This document shows positions 12,758 to 28,260 of a stretch of 64,000 nucleotides of DNA, in pieces. The notes beneath the pieces are model-generated. The model did no database searches. It saw nothing but the letters and a program-made list of their open reading frames with translations, and had not been told where the DNA came from. This DNA comes from Eledone cirrhosa (taxonomy: Eukaryota), in assembly GCA_964016885.1 (NCBI GenBank), contig OZ024747.1, positions 30,256,001 to 30,320,000 of the forward strand, in the 5' to 3' direction. Both the position numbers and the translations under genes were made by a program. Every line of letters starts with the position of its first letter. The first letter of the stretch is position 1.

Positions 12758-13932
12758 CTAGCAGCAGGACCCGGCGTTGCACGGGGTAGGAAACGTGAAA
12801 TACCAACACGCATATGCAAAGATTGAGGAATGTAGCTGTGTACTTTTTGAGTTCCCTTATTCCCAGGGAATGATTTTTCATCTACTGGAAATGCAGAACA
12901 CCAGCAGGCCCGAATTGTGAAACATCTGCATGCATGTGCAAAATCTGAAGAAAATCAGCTGGATACTTTTTAAGTGTACTAAATCTTAGAGTATGATTTT
13001 TCTTCCATTTGGAGAAAATCGGTTAGGTACTTTTCGAGTTTTATAGATTCGCACCCAGTCATCCGGACAGACATCATCCGAAGGAGCGACGTAGTCAATT
13101 GAGTGAAAACCAAGTAGGGATGTACGTTTAAGTAGGGATATTGAGATCACAAAATCAGCGTGGCAACTCAGCTGCAGCAGAAGGGCAATTAGCACAAATG
13201 CTGGGCGACACTGGTTGCACTGCGTTTACACAGCAACAAAGGTGTCACAAAAGGGGTCGCTGCGGAATTAACACAACCGCTGTTCCGTGTACATGCGCAG
13301 GGCGTTCATACTGCGGTGTAGGTGCAACAAAAGGGTTCTTAGTAGAAGTGGTGTCAATAACACAGCAACGTACACAGGGACCGGATTTGCGCGTGATGAA
13401 AGCACGAAGCGTCAACAGGGCGCCGACAAAAATTATAAAGTCCTCCTCATTTCCTCAATCCCCCTAAAATTGTCCTGTTTAAAAGTAAGTAAGTGTTGTG
13501 TCCTCTGTTAAATAAACCAAATTATTAACGAAATATTATACGCTTCTTACGATGTTTAAGTAGCGTTTATATTGAAAATGAAAATGGCATGTAATGCCCA
13601 ATGCTAATTCGTAAATTTCCTAGAAACCATTAATGGAATCGGAAATTATTTTTGTCCACAGCAATGCGAGGGGACTAACTATATAGTGCTGCAAATTTCG
13701 AGGAAATCGGCTGGATTATCTTTAAGTTACGCCTAAAAAAAGCCTAAAAATACCTTTAAAATGCAGTTTTTCGCCTAATGAGGGCCCTCGGGCAGAAGAA
13801 ATTAAATTTGTTTAGCCCATTGCACTTCAAGAAATATAAGTAACGCATGTGTAAAAGTTTGAAAAAAATCGGTCCGGAACTTCTCGAGTTTTAGGGGTTT
13901 ACCAGGCATCCTCTGTTTTATAAATAAAGAGA
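12758..13932 (-). mobile_element. Non-autonomous Helitron (1175 bp)
   Basis: The minus strand starts A|TCTCTTTATTTATAAAA and ends with the hairpin CCCG-TGCAACGC-CGGG, an 8-nt spacer and CTAG|T. These are canonical termini and an A-T target with no TSD. Confidence 0.85.
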
Positions 13933-15354
13933 TTAAGGTGACTTATGGTATGTGAGGAGCAAGTTAAGGACTTGGTAATGGTTTATTATCACTATACTAA
14001 ATGTAGTATGGATCTTGTCGACTGAAAAGTCCATAGGCTGACCAAGATACTCTCATGGAATGACCAAACGAAGTTTATTTTTCAACATAGACCCTGGAAA
14101 GAAACAATGCAGTTAATAATAATAAGAGTTGAAATTAATGCATGCAAGATTTCATAGCTCTAGCATCACTCCTTCATATTTAGTCTATGAACTTTTCAGT
14201 CTACCCTCGTATTGTTGATACACAACTGAAACTAGTTGAATTGATACAGTATTAAATTACTAGTCAAAATAAGATGTACTTCATCAATAGCATTGCAATG
14301 TTCCCATAACTAAGACCCTTAACTCTTATCAGCTCACTCTTCTTTTTCTGACCCACAACTTCTGATGGAGTTGTAGGGGTGTCATTGTGACATACAGTGT
14401 GTCTTGGGTATTTTAAACCTCCTGGAACCCACCCTCACTCCAGGTCTGAATACTGACGATTTCTTCCAGAGAAGGAGAGAGAGAGAGAGGAAATAAAAAC
14501 AAAAAAAAAAGAAGAATCCATTTCAGTATTGAATTGGCATTTTTTTATATTAACCTTGAAAAGATGAAAGGCAAAATTGACTTTGGCAAGATATGAACTG
14601 ATACCACAAAGCATTCTATCTGACAATTAACTTATAACTTATTGAAAATGAAATATAACAATATTTTACTTTATATAGACTGAAGGTTTACAGGAGAAGA
14701 ACGAATGGATTACATAATATTTATGGCTTTATCAAGAGCCACAGAAACATAATTGCACTTGAGGAGAAAAGATATAATCAGGAATCAAATCTAATCTTGT
14801 AGCTGTTGATTATCCAAGAGTCTACATTCACATAAGCCACGACAGTGATATTATTAATTACAAAATTTGGCAGATCATAAGAGAGAGGTGTATATTATTC
14901 ATATTTGTCTAAAATCATTCCAACATTTGCTTACACTTGATAGGCTAAATACCATCTTATTAAAAATTACTTGGCATTGTAATAATTATTCCCGATATAA
15001 TTTTATAATCTAAACACCATTTTATATCCTACATTTTTTTGTGCTACATGTGTTATTGTTCAGCTATGTTCTTCAATCAACATTCAATAAACTTGTAATC
15101 AATTTTTCATTAAAAATAAAGTTAGACTTCATTTTTTTCTTTTAAACAACAACAACAATAAAAGAATAGAAACGGTAATAAATTCTTCCAGAATTAATCA
15201 ATGTTTGTGTGTCACTTTATCAAATCTGTGTTTTAATTATTGGATAAAATGACAAAAAAGAGATACATACGACATGTGTAAATATTTCTGAAAATCAAAT
15301 CTGAAATAAAATTTTAAAAAGATTATACTATCAGTGTATGATTTAAATATTCCT

Positions 15355-15784
<430 letters not shown>

Positions 15785-15947
15785 GATAACAAGTTATCGT
15801 TGTAGGTAATCCACTTAGAGGTTGTGAGTACTCTATACTATGGATAGTTTTAACGTACGGCGTTGTTTGACTCAACAAGAGGTTTCCTTAGTTAGGTGGT
15901 GAGTTTGCGAGAATTCTCATGCAGGTGATTCTTGGAGTAATAATAGT

Positions 15948-17382
15948 GAATAACAGGGTCGGTTGTACAAAAAGAATTTTATTTACAGTATTAACAATTG
16001 TTTCATTGATCAGGTGAGTCTAAAGGCCGCTAATCACTCAAAGTCGCGTCACTCGACCTTAAATACAGTATGTGTCTTTGATCAAATCATCAGAATACTG
16101 GAGGGTGTAACACATGGCATTGGTATTTATAGATACATCGGAGAATCAAAATAATAACATCAATAATAAAAGATAATAATAAAGAAGTTAGAGTGAAAAT
16201 GATAAAGGTGTAAAAAATAAGTACAGAATACGATTGCTGATAATAGTAGTGGTGGTGGTGGTAGTTGAAGTTTCAGTGGTGAGTAAGTGGATGTGTAAAG
16301 TGGTGATGACGGTAGAGATAACAATAACATGAAAAGGAACATTAAATATATATGTAGTATAAATTCAAGAGGTATTATAAAATCCCAGAGGATTAGAATA
16401 AAAAAAATTAGAAATGAAAAATAATAACAAATAACAGATAAAAGATTAAAAAAATAATAAATAGAAAATAAGTGAGAGAAGAGATAAGGAACAGGAGACA
16501 GAGAGTAGGGATAAGGATTCGAGGATGAGACATAAGGGGTAGGGCTAAGGACGAGGAAGGAGTAGATAAATAGATAGAGAATAAAAGGTGAAAGGGCAGT
16601 GAAGATATATGGGTGTTTAATGTCTGGCAGACTGATTGCTTTATCTTAATGGAGGTGATGTGGCTAGAGAGAGAGAGTGAAAGAAAGGTTGGGAGATTTA
16701 TGATGTTGAGTTAATGACCAGTTGGTCAGTTGACAGCTAATAACAGTGGGGTGGTGTGGAGCTAGTACATTAAAACCCGGGTGGTTCTGCTTGAATTCTG
16801 AGATTGCTGGATCGAATCATGCCGGTTTGAAGTTAGAGAACTTGGTAGCTGCTTCGTGCCTACAGAAAATTGTTCGTTCTATTTTGTTGTTAAGCAGCAT
16901 TTTATCATACTTTAAAATATGGAGCAGCTCCATATTGCAAAGTCCGCAGTGGGACATACCATTATTGTAGGCCCTTGCTCTCGATAATTTCGACCAGCTA
17001 ATCCCATATTCCTGGTTGGTGTTCTTAAGCTGCCAGATTTTATTGGCCAGCGTCGTTGAGTTTTCTAGTCTACGGTTTTTCATAGAATGATTATCAACAA
17101 TCATATTCTGTAGTTATTTTTTTACATCTTTATCATTTTCACTCTAACTTCTTTACTATTATCTTTTATTATTGATGTTATTGTTTTGATTCTCCGATGT
17201 ATCTATAAATACCAATGCCATGTGTTAAACCCTCCAGTTTTCCGATGATTTGATCAGAGACACATACTGGATTTAAGGTTGAGTGACGCAACTTTGAGTG
17301 ATTAGCGACCTTTAGACTGATCAATGAAACAATTGTTAATACTGTAAATAAAACCCTTTTTGTATATCCGACCATGTTATTC
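15948..17382 (-). mobile_element. Naiad-type Penelope fragment bracketed by ~290-bp inverted repeats
   Basis: Endonuclease C-terminus at 16817-17090 (STTLANKIWQLK...YNNG..HCGLCNME...CRH). 15948-16243 is the reverse complement of 17090-17382. Confidence 0.85.
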
Positions 17383-17457
17383 TTCACTCTTTAACTTTAT
17401 ATATATATACATATACACATGCGTAATTAATTCTCTTAATCATTATTATTATTATAG

Positions 17458-17980
17458 GGCCCCGCCGAGGTTGACTTTGCCTTTCATCCTTACGGGGGTC
17501 GATAAAATAAAGTACCAGTAATGCACTAGGTAATTGCTGGCCTTGTGCCTAAAGTAGAAACAATTATTATAGAGCGGTGAATTGGCAGTATCAATAGAGG
17601 GTCGGACATGTTTTCCAGCATAGTTACGTCCCTTTACGATCTGAGTTCAAATTTTGCCGAGGTTAACTTTGCCTTTCATCCTTACGGGTTCGATAAAATA
17701 AAGTACCAGTAATGTACTGGGTAATTGCTGGCCTTGTGCCAGCAATTATTATTGTTATGAGGGCGTTGGATTGGCAGTACCGGTAGAGGGTTAGACACAA
17801 TGCTTTGCTGCATAGAGTTATGACCCTTTATAATCTGAGTTCAAATTCCGCCGAGGTTAACTTTGCCTTTCATCCTTACAGGATCGATAAATAACGTAAC
17901 AGTAATGCACTTGAGGCGATTAAATCGACTTTCCTCTCCCCCAAAATTGTTGGTCTTGTGCCTAAATCAAAAATCATTAT
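17458..17980 (+). mobile_element. Three head-to-tail copies of the tRNA-derived SINE (first one 5'-truncated)
   Basis: The core ctttgcctttcatccttac recurs at ~17475, ~17667 and ~17861, with (ATT)n tails between copies. Confidence 0.9.
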
Positions 17981-18192
17981 TAACGTTAATTTCTTGAAAC
18001 CGATTTGGTTATTAGAATCAATTTTATTTTGTCTGGTGATAATGTCTGTTATTTCCTTGAAGCCTTATTTTAACTGCTACCAGAAGAAGGCATTGAAAAG
18101 GGAGCACTGTCAAATTCATTTGAATTGAATGAAAATTCAACAATACAAAAATATAAAAATGCATTTGTCATTCTTATATGTCTTCTTATATG

Positions 18193-19532
<1,340 letters not shown>

Positions 19533-20595
19533 AGTAACTACCACACTCCTTCCAACCTGACCGCTGCTACGTCACGATTCTTAGCCATTTTTTAATGTAT
19601 TCTTGGCGCGATCACTTTGGAAATAAATGATTAATCTTAATAAATACGGCCCCTTAATTGTAGAGCTAACTCCGTTGAAATGACTTGACTGCTGTTTCTA
19701 TTTGTCGATAACCCTATTCACGCCACTGGGACGAAGCTGGTATGATGTGTGTATTTCTCGTAGATACAGCACGTGTTACTGGCCAGTCGCTGATTTGAAC
19801 TTAATGCGTAAACATAGACTGCTGGACTTCTTCCTTGTTGAAAATCCAAGTACCGGCATTCGATTAATTGGTGAAATATATTCCTTAATGGAATATATAC
19901 AGGGAAGATTAATCATATTATAAGGTATCTATTTTTGAAGTTCTAGTTAACTTTATTTAGTTACCTACCTAGCTGTGTGTGCTTACACACTTGTAAAAAT
20001 TATCTCCTGTGATTATTCATGTTTATTAATATGTTAATCAATTTCTAGTTGTTATAAAATGCTCGGACCTATTCATTAGAATCTTAGAGCTTATTTTGTG
20101 GGTGATATGGCGCATGCCTTTCTGGCATGACACCCATAATTTTGATTTATCTTAATTTTGGATATAGATATATAAATATTTAAATATTAATTTAATCCAT
20201 AAGTAAATAGAGGAAAATGTTATCATTATTTAAGCGTAGAAAAAAGCGTAGAAAAAGCGAAGAAAAAAACGAAGAAGACATATGAGGTCATATTTTGTTT
20301 ACAAAATCTACGAAGAAATATGATGTGATAAAGGAGGAAAAGTGAGTGGCTTAAAAATAGTGAGAAGAAAGAAAATAAAGAAACATTAAATATGAACTAT
20401 TTAAATAATATTTTGTATCACCAAGTAGATAAAGGAATTTGCTAGAGTGATTTAAAGCATAGAAGAACATATAACTTCATAGTATGTTTAAAACTTTGCA
20501 GAACAAGTGTAAAAAGATATTTGTGTAAAATATATATATATATATATATCTGTAAAAAATGTTTAACCTTTATTCGTGGAATAACATATAGGGTA

Positions 20596-21010
20596 TTAAC
20601 TGTATACTTTGTGAAATGACCTAAGAGATTTATGGATGCAGAGAGCAAATAAATCGGTGCGTCTATTTATTATAGAGTTGAAATTCGAGATAATGGTAAA
20701 TTTTTCAGCTAGACACAAGTTACAAGCCCTAGATATGGAAGCATTAGAATATGGAGAAGCATTGCATATTTTACGCCAAGAAATTTTGTAATTAATGTTT
20801 TTGTCTTTTAAGGGCCAGATGAGTTCTGAGAGTGCAGTGTTTGTTCTTTTAAGTGGATATTTAAATGAGGAAGAATGGTTATATAGTCTTGCCTTAAAGG
20901 AAGTAGAAGTAGAGCCAATGTAGGTATAAGAATTGGTAATAGTTAGCACCTTACATTCGTATACTAGATTTTTATCGAGACAGAAATTATTAAGAGGGCA
21001 TTTAGTTCTA
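20596..21010 (-). mobile_element. Naiad-type Penelope GIY-YIG fragment
   Basis: KCPLNNFCLDKNLVYECKV...YIGSTSTSFKARLYNHSSSF...CNLCLAEK...CIH. Confidence 0.9.
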
Positions 21011-21544
21011 TTAAGGCTGTTGTATTTACGATTAATATTATTAACAGAGTTATTTGCAAGTGGCCCAGGATTAATTATAATAGGAATTATAGTGGTGGAA
21101 TTAGCTAAACGAGGTGCTAAAGTTTATTTTATTTTATTTTATTTTATTTTATTTTATTTTAATAATACATTTTCACACCTCTTAATAACTTTTTTTAGTA
21201 TATAAACCCTAAATAAATAATATACCTAGTTTCCATATCTGTAATCATAAACCTCATCAAACATAAACCTCATCAATTCATTAATTAATTTATTTATTTC
21301 GTAACTGTATATATTTTTTCAGCCATTATTCACAGCTGTTTTTCAGTTTTGACAGCGTTTCCCGTTTAAAAGTCTCTATCTCTCTCCTCCTTCCTTCTTA
21401 AACTTTTCTTCCGTTATTGTCTCCTTATTTTTCCTTTTCCCTCTTCATTCCTTTTCCCAATCTTCTCATTTTATATTTTTATCATATGTTGACTAGACAC
21501 ATTCTTGTTCACAAGTGTTTTTTTAGGCATGATATCATGTTACC

Positions 21545-21608
21545 ATATTTTATCTGATGAGAGCGCAACAGGATGATATTTGTTTTTGAAATGCGCATAA
21601 TAAAATAT
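21545..21608 (+). ncRNA. Type I hammerhead ribozyme
   Basis: ATATTTTAT-CTGATGA-gagcgcaacaggatgatatttgttttt-GAAA-TGCGCA-TA-ATAAAATAT: 9-bp stem I and palindromic TGCGCA. Confidence 0.85.
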
Positions 21609-21644
21609 ATGGAACTTTTCTAACCATCTTTAAATTCTTCTTAT

Positions 21645-21950
<306 letters not shown>

Positions 21951-22024
21951 TAATATAAAAATTCAAAAGAACGAATATTGTACTAGAGCTGACACTTCCA
22001 ACATATATATATATATATATATAC

Positions 22025-23600
22025 TAGCTAAAAGTAAGCCCTAGCTAAAAGTAAGCCACTCTACTTGGCATTTGTCGACCTTGAGAAAGCCTTTGACAGA
22101 GTTCCACGTGCAGTAATCTGGTGGGCTCTTAGAAAACTAGGAGTAGATGAATGGCTTGTGAAAGCGGTACAAGCCATGTATAGGGGAGCAGTCAGCAAAG
22201 TTAGGATTAGCAATGAGTATAGCTAGGAATTTAGCGTACAGGTTGGGGTCCACCAGGGCTCTGTTCTTAGCCCTCTCCTGCTGTTCATCATAGTCCTGCA
22301 GGCAATAACGGAGGAGTTTAATACCGGATGCCCATGGGAACTCCTGTATGCTGATGACCTCGCACTCATAGCTGAATCTATTGTAGAACTAGAGAATAAA
22401 TTCCAAACCTGGAAGCAGGGACTAGAGAGAAAGGGCCTCAAAGTCAACATGACAAAGACTAAGGTCCTTGTAAGTAGAAGAGAAAACAGAACCCAGATCC
22501 CCTCAGGGAAATGGCCTTGCTCAGTATGTAGGAAAGGTGTAGGTAGGAACTCCATTCTCTGCCCCAAATGCAAACAATGGGTACACAAGAGATGTCACGG
22601 GATCTCAGGAAGCTTAATTAAGAATGTAGGCTTCACATGCAGCAGCAAGCAGGAAACAGCCACAGGAAACAAGTACCACCAATCTCTGGGAGGGCCCTGT
22701 AGAAACAGTAGACAGCTTCTGCTACCTAGGTGACCGAATTAGCAACGGAGGTGGGTGCTCAGAAAGTACAATAACTAGGGTAAGAACGGGATGGAAGAAG
22801 TTTAGGGAACTACTACCACTGCTAGCTGCAAAAGGCTTCTCCCTCAGAATGAAAGGCAGACTGTATGATGCGTGTATCCGAACAGCGATGTTGCATGGTA
22901 GTGAGACCTGGGCGCTGAGGGTGGAAGACTTACGTAGATTAGAGAGAAACGAAGCCTGCATGCTCCGATGGATGTGTAACAGTAATATACGTGAACGACA
23001 AAGCATAAAGGAATTGAGAGAGAGACTGAGCATAAGAGGAATCAAATGCTGCGTGCAGGAGAGGCGGTTACGCTGGTATGGACATGTGATGCGTATGAAG
23101 GATGACAGCTGCATAAAAAGGTGCAGAGCACTAGAAGTTGATGGAAACCGCGGAGTGGGGAGACCCAAGATGACTTGGGATGAGGTGATAAAAGCCGACC
23201 TTACCCAACTACACCTCTCAAAGTCAATGACACACGACCGTGACTTCTGGCGTCACGCAGTAATACAGGGTACCCGACCTCCCATGGGTACATGCTGAAG
23301 CATATAAACAATATGCCCCCACTCCCCCCACCGCAAGGTGGTCGTGGAGGTGCCACGGCAAAAAAGCACCCAGCCCACACTGTAAAGTGGACGTGTAGGC
23401 GCCACGAAAAAGCACCCAGCACTCACTGTAAATGAGGTTGGTGTTAGGAAGGGCATCCAGCTGTAGAAATCAAGCCAGATCAGTTCCTGTATGAGCAAGG
23501 CATGGTCAGCCGACCAGACACTGCCCACAACAGGACAACCCGTCTAACCCATGCTAGCGTGGAAGAATGGACGTAAAACGGTGATGATGATGATGATGAT
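22025..23600 (+). mobile_element. RTE-type LINE, 5'-truncated: RT with a Cys/His (PHD-like) finger, 3' UTR and (GAT)n tail
   Basis: AFVDLEKAFDRVP, GVHQGSVLSPL, LLYADDL, WPCSVCRKGVGRNSILCPKCKQWVHKRC, LHGSETW, RRLRWYGHV and GRPKMTW, with stops and frameshifts. Isolated 3' ends also occur at ~10005-10040 (-) and ~50463-50502 (+). Confidence 0.92.
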
Positions 23601-23607
23601 ATATATA

Positions 23608-24002
23608 TAGGGCGGGTAAAATTCCCGGCATCCATGGAAGAGTTCTCTCCAGCGGTCTCTGTCCCTCATTATCGCTGCCATGTCCTGCGTCTCCAACAGA
23701 CCAGAGTCTGTCCTTAGGGCATCAACATACGTTAACCTTGGTCTTCCTCTTCCAGTGTGTCCATGTAGGGGCTCCCACAGGAGCACTGAGTGCAATGTCA
23801 ACTCTGGATGTCGGTGAGCATGTCCAGCTAACCTCAATCTCCTCTGTGTCACATTTGAGCTGACTTTTGGGAGGCTCCCATACAGCTCTGAGTTTTTCAT
23901 CCTCAGTGTATACTGATTAATGTTCAGAGTCATCCTCAGCATTCTCGTGTAGCACCCATCCACCATCTGAGTGAGTTTCTTGGTCAGTGTCCAAGTCTCA
24001 GA
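23608..24002 (-). mobile_element. LINE 3' fragment (RTE/RTE-X-like, different family)
   Basis: SETWTLTKKL..MVDGCYTRMLR...RRLRLAGH.HRH...GRGRP. A near-identical 3' piece lies at 33397-33540. Confidence 0.85.
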
Positions 24003-24124
24003 CTTATATATATATATATATGCATATATATGTGTGTATATGTAGATATATACCATATATTTATATATTAATAATAATAATAACACATATACCATATATT
24101 TATATATTTATGGTATATGTGTCG

Positions 24125-26085
24125 TACACGATCCTAGTCGACTAACTTTTTCCACTTAACTTGATGTAAAACTTTATTTCTAACACTATTAACAGTAATT
24201 ATATATATATAATCGACTAATATCGTCTTAAAATTTAAACAGTATAATCTGTATCTATTTAGACAAATGTGTATATCTAGTTTAATAATATCTTTTTTAA
24301 GTACATTTATAAGGCCTTTGGATACTTAAGGGCATTCTAGTTTTATAATTGTTAATTATTTTCAAAATTATATAATGATTATTTTTCAATATAAATTTTT
24401 TTTTAATATAATTAAATAATATAATGAAATTTGGATTACCTTCGGGTTGATGAAAATCTTAAGTCTTTTCTTACTCATGTTTGCAAACACTTTAAATATG
24501 ATATTATACTATAATATAAATCCTTAAAAATGTTCTTGTATTTTAAAATTATATAGCTTATATATTTGACACTTATAGGATCGCAAACCATTCATTTATT
24601 TATTTTGAATCTATGTTTTATGATTCATGAAGTTTGATTTGTATATTTATAGTATATATGTATTACATGATCCTAGTTGAATAATTTTTTTTAATATAAT
24701 ACTTGACGTAAAACTTTATTTTTAACACTATTAACAGTAATTATATTTATTATATTATATATATAACTGATTAATATCGTCTTAAACTTTAAACAATGTA
24801 CTCTTTGTATAAATTTAGACAAATGCGTATATCTAGTTTAATAATATCCTTTTTAAGTACACTTATATGGCCTTTGGATACTTAAGGGCATTCTAATTTT
24901 AAATTTATAATTGTGATTATTTTCTAAATTATATAATGATTATTTTTTAATATAAAATTTCTTTAATATAAACATTTTTAAAAAATATAATTTAATTTGG
25001 ATTACCTTCTGGATGAAGAAAATCTTAAGTATTTTCTTTCTCATGTTTGCAAATACTTTAAATTTGATATTATACTATAATATAAATCCTTATAAATTTT
25101 ATAGTCAGAAATCTTATGCCATTAGATTAATTCACTATTTCTAACTAACCTAAAGATTCGAAATTTAACGGTCATCCGGATGCGCTGGGATATATATATT
25201 TGATTAATTGACTATTTCTAATTAACTTAAGGATTCGAAAATAAACCGTCATATAACTACACCCAGATATATATTTGATATTTTGATTGATTGATTATTT
25301 CTAAATAATTTAACAATTCGAAATTATTCATTCACAAAGCTATGCCCAAATATATATTTATATATATTTGTTTGCATCATCACGCTGTTTATCCACGACA
25401 ATACAAATCTCCCTCCCTGTGTTTTATACTATAAAAAGTATTTTCTTCTTCTCTCTCTATCCTTAATCAATTTTCTTTTGCTTTCGTGCATAAGATAATT
25501 CTATACTTCTAGTCATTCTCTTTTTCCTCATCTGTTTCTCTCTTTGTCTTTCATTTCTTCTTTCTTCAATAATTTAAGTTATTTAAATTTCTAACAGTTA
25601 TGTAGGTTTATATTATATTAGTAGTTGCTTATTATTATGTATTTTTATAAGCTTTCTCACACGCACCCTCTGTATTATATGTAATTTTTTCATGTCTCAA
25701 TCTTAAGGTATATAAATATTGAGTTGTATCCTATCTTATTCACTGCCATGACTTAGTCAAGGTATGTCAAGCATCATCTTATTTTATTTGATGAGGACGT
25801 ACTGTTGAAGATAACTCAGTACCTCTGAAATATGTATAATAAAATATACTTGACCACACGAATGTCTATATTTGTTAATATTTTGAATTAATAACTCCGG
25901 AAAACCATCATTGTGAAGTGCTTCTAATCTATTGTAAAACTTTATTCATTGATTTAGTCATTGAACCTTGTTTAACCTTTAAATATATATATATTGTATA
26001 TTTACTCCAATAATTTGTTGAGTGCTTTATATCAGTTATAAAAATATTTTGCTTGTTGTATCCCAACAAATTAAATATAACCTCT
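24125..26085 (+). repeat. AT-rich Penelope pseudo-LTR-like block, paralogous to ~28670-30655, with an internal ~540-bp tandem duplication
   Basis: atcctagt.ga.taa... at 24131 and 24670. The ttctcacacgcaccctc...gtactgttgaag...gtgctttatatcagttataaaa tail is shared with 30100-30655. Confidence 0.75.
25780..25846 (+). ncRNA. Hammerhead ribozyme copy with a core substitution (TTGATGA)
   Basis: TATTTTAT-tTGATGA-ggacgtactg...cagtacctct-GAAA-TATGTA-TA-ATAAAATA. Confidence 0.7.
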
Positions 26086-26118
26086 ACATATATATATATA
26101 TATTTATATATTTATATA

Positions 26119-26189
<71 letters not shown>

Positions 26190-26288
26190 GTGTGTATACA
26201 TTTCTGTATATGTTTTTATACGTGTATATGAGTTTGTGCATGTTTTTTTTATATGGGTGTGTGTACGTGTGTATGTATGTATGTGTGT

Positions 26289-26345
<57 letters not shown>

Positions 26346-27454
26346 GAGAAGAATGAATACTGCGTGGTTGCACATGGGTTACATATGATAAAAATAGTCC
26401 TTCATCAGTGATTTTCCAACCTTCATCGGTATTTCATCGCTTTAAAAATCATATACCTCCAGTTGGTGCGAGCAATAGCTAAATAAAGCTATTGGGACAA
26501 GTAAATCGCGTAAAGCGAGCGAGACAAGTAAACAAACATAGAAGGATAGCAACGTAAAGATAGGAAAAAACAAGTATAGAAATGATGAATATAAAATGAA
26601 AGTCTTGTATAAAGGAATTTATTAGGTATTGACATATGTTTCTGTAACAGACGGAATACCTATGTATCGCTGCTTGCGTAATCATATAATGTTAGCAAGT
26701 ATTCAGAGATATTGGATAAATTGGAAAAAATCAGAAAAATCAAAGTATTTATATTAGTTGTAAGAAAGGAAGAAGAGAAGGGATAGTATATGACATATGG
26801 CAAATAAATTTGCTGGTAAACAAGTATATAGAGGGTTTTTAATGAGAATACAATGAGTATATGGCTTATTTTATCTAAATAAGAATTTTTGGGAGTGCCT
26901 ATTTTAATCTATATTTGACCAATTGGACAATGGATAGGGCTGGTTGTTTGGTGTAGTAGTATTAATACAAATATAAAGTGTCAAGTAAGGAAGAGAGAGA
27001 TTTTCACTGCTACTGTATAACAACAATGCTGGTAGCCTGCTGGTATATGCATTAGGGAATTGAATTAAGAAATCTCATTTTATCTATAGCAGTTTATATT
27101 AAATGGTAAAGAATAGAAGAGTTGATAGAATTAAGACTAATAGAGAATGTTAATATGTATTTTGACAATCAAACGGAGAGGGAGACAGGCGTTCAATCCT
27201 GGTAGCGTTTGTAATATGAAAATGTAGATTTCAAGCGATGGTTACAGTATAACGATCGCTCTATTCTGTTATTATATCCCATTTTAGGTTAAATTGTTGG
27301 TTATTTTCGCGCAGCTGCCAAGCCTTGTCTGCGAGTGTTGTTACATAGGAATTTTGTAAATTGTGTAATATGGAAATATTTTGTATTATGAAATCCAAAA
27401 ATATTAATTCAAACACCTGTACTGTGAATAAATCTTAGAAAAAAACAGAACTAA

Positions 27455-28260
27455 ATCAGATATATGGTTTGCCCCCCTCCCCCCTCATGCTTCTGTAGCT
27501 ATAAAAACACCACTCGCTAATTTATTCTTTAAAGCTTTAGATAATTCCTTCCCTATTCAACATAAATACCGTTCCATATTTAATAGACACACAATTAAGC
27601 TTTCTTATTCTACAACTATGAATATGGCCCAAAACATCGCTAAATTAAATAGTAGAATTCTAAACCAGAATCCGCATACTTTTAACGATAATGAATATAA
27701 TAACACTAACAATATTGATACTATGAATAACATTAACAGCAATATAAGCACTATCAATAGAACATTTCGAAGTAATAATAGTTTTAATATAAATTATAAT
27801 AATAATAAATCGAAATGTAATTGTAGAAATAAACCAGATTGCCCTCTGCAAAATAATTGTCTAGATAGAAATTTTGGTGTATAAATGCACGGTAAAAGCA
27901 AATAACATCACATACAACTACATAGGGGCAACTTCTTCGACATTTAAATCGAGATTTAGGAATCACAAATGCTCTTTTTCGAATCCTAATAGGAAGTCTT
28001 CGACTTCTTTATCACAACTTATATGGTCATTAAAAGACAAAAATTTAAAATACTCCATTTGTTGGACGAAGCTATGTAATAGTAGAATCTACTCGAATTC
28101 GTCTGTATCACCTAACTGCAACCTCTGTACTATGGAGACCCTATTAATAATTACTAATTATGAAAAATTAATTAACAAAAAAAAGTGAATTATTCTCAAA
28201 CTGCCTTCATAAAGCTTTGTTTACATTCAAAGCCTCGCAACAAATCAGGAAAAAACACTA
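27455..28260 (+). mobile_element. Naiad-type Penelope element, linker plus GIY-YIG endonuclease, frameshifted
   Basis: FPIQHKYRSIFNRHTIKLSYSTTMN...CNCRNKPDCPLQNNCL / VYKC...YIGATSSTFKSRFRNHKCSF...CNLCTME...SELFSNCLH. Confidence 0.92.

Noticed and set aside
19682-19700. Minus-strand GAAA-CAGCAG-TC hammerhead 3' half
   Set aside because: No matching CTGANGA with a stem I partner was found.
28170-28215. TGA at the end of the Naiad ORF as a selenocysteine codon (some Naiads encode selenoproteins)
   Set aside because: A poly-A frameshift explains it (NKKSELFSNCLH continues in another frame), and I saw no SECIS.
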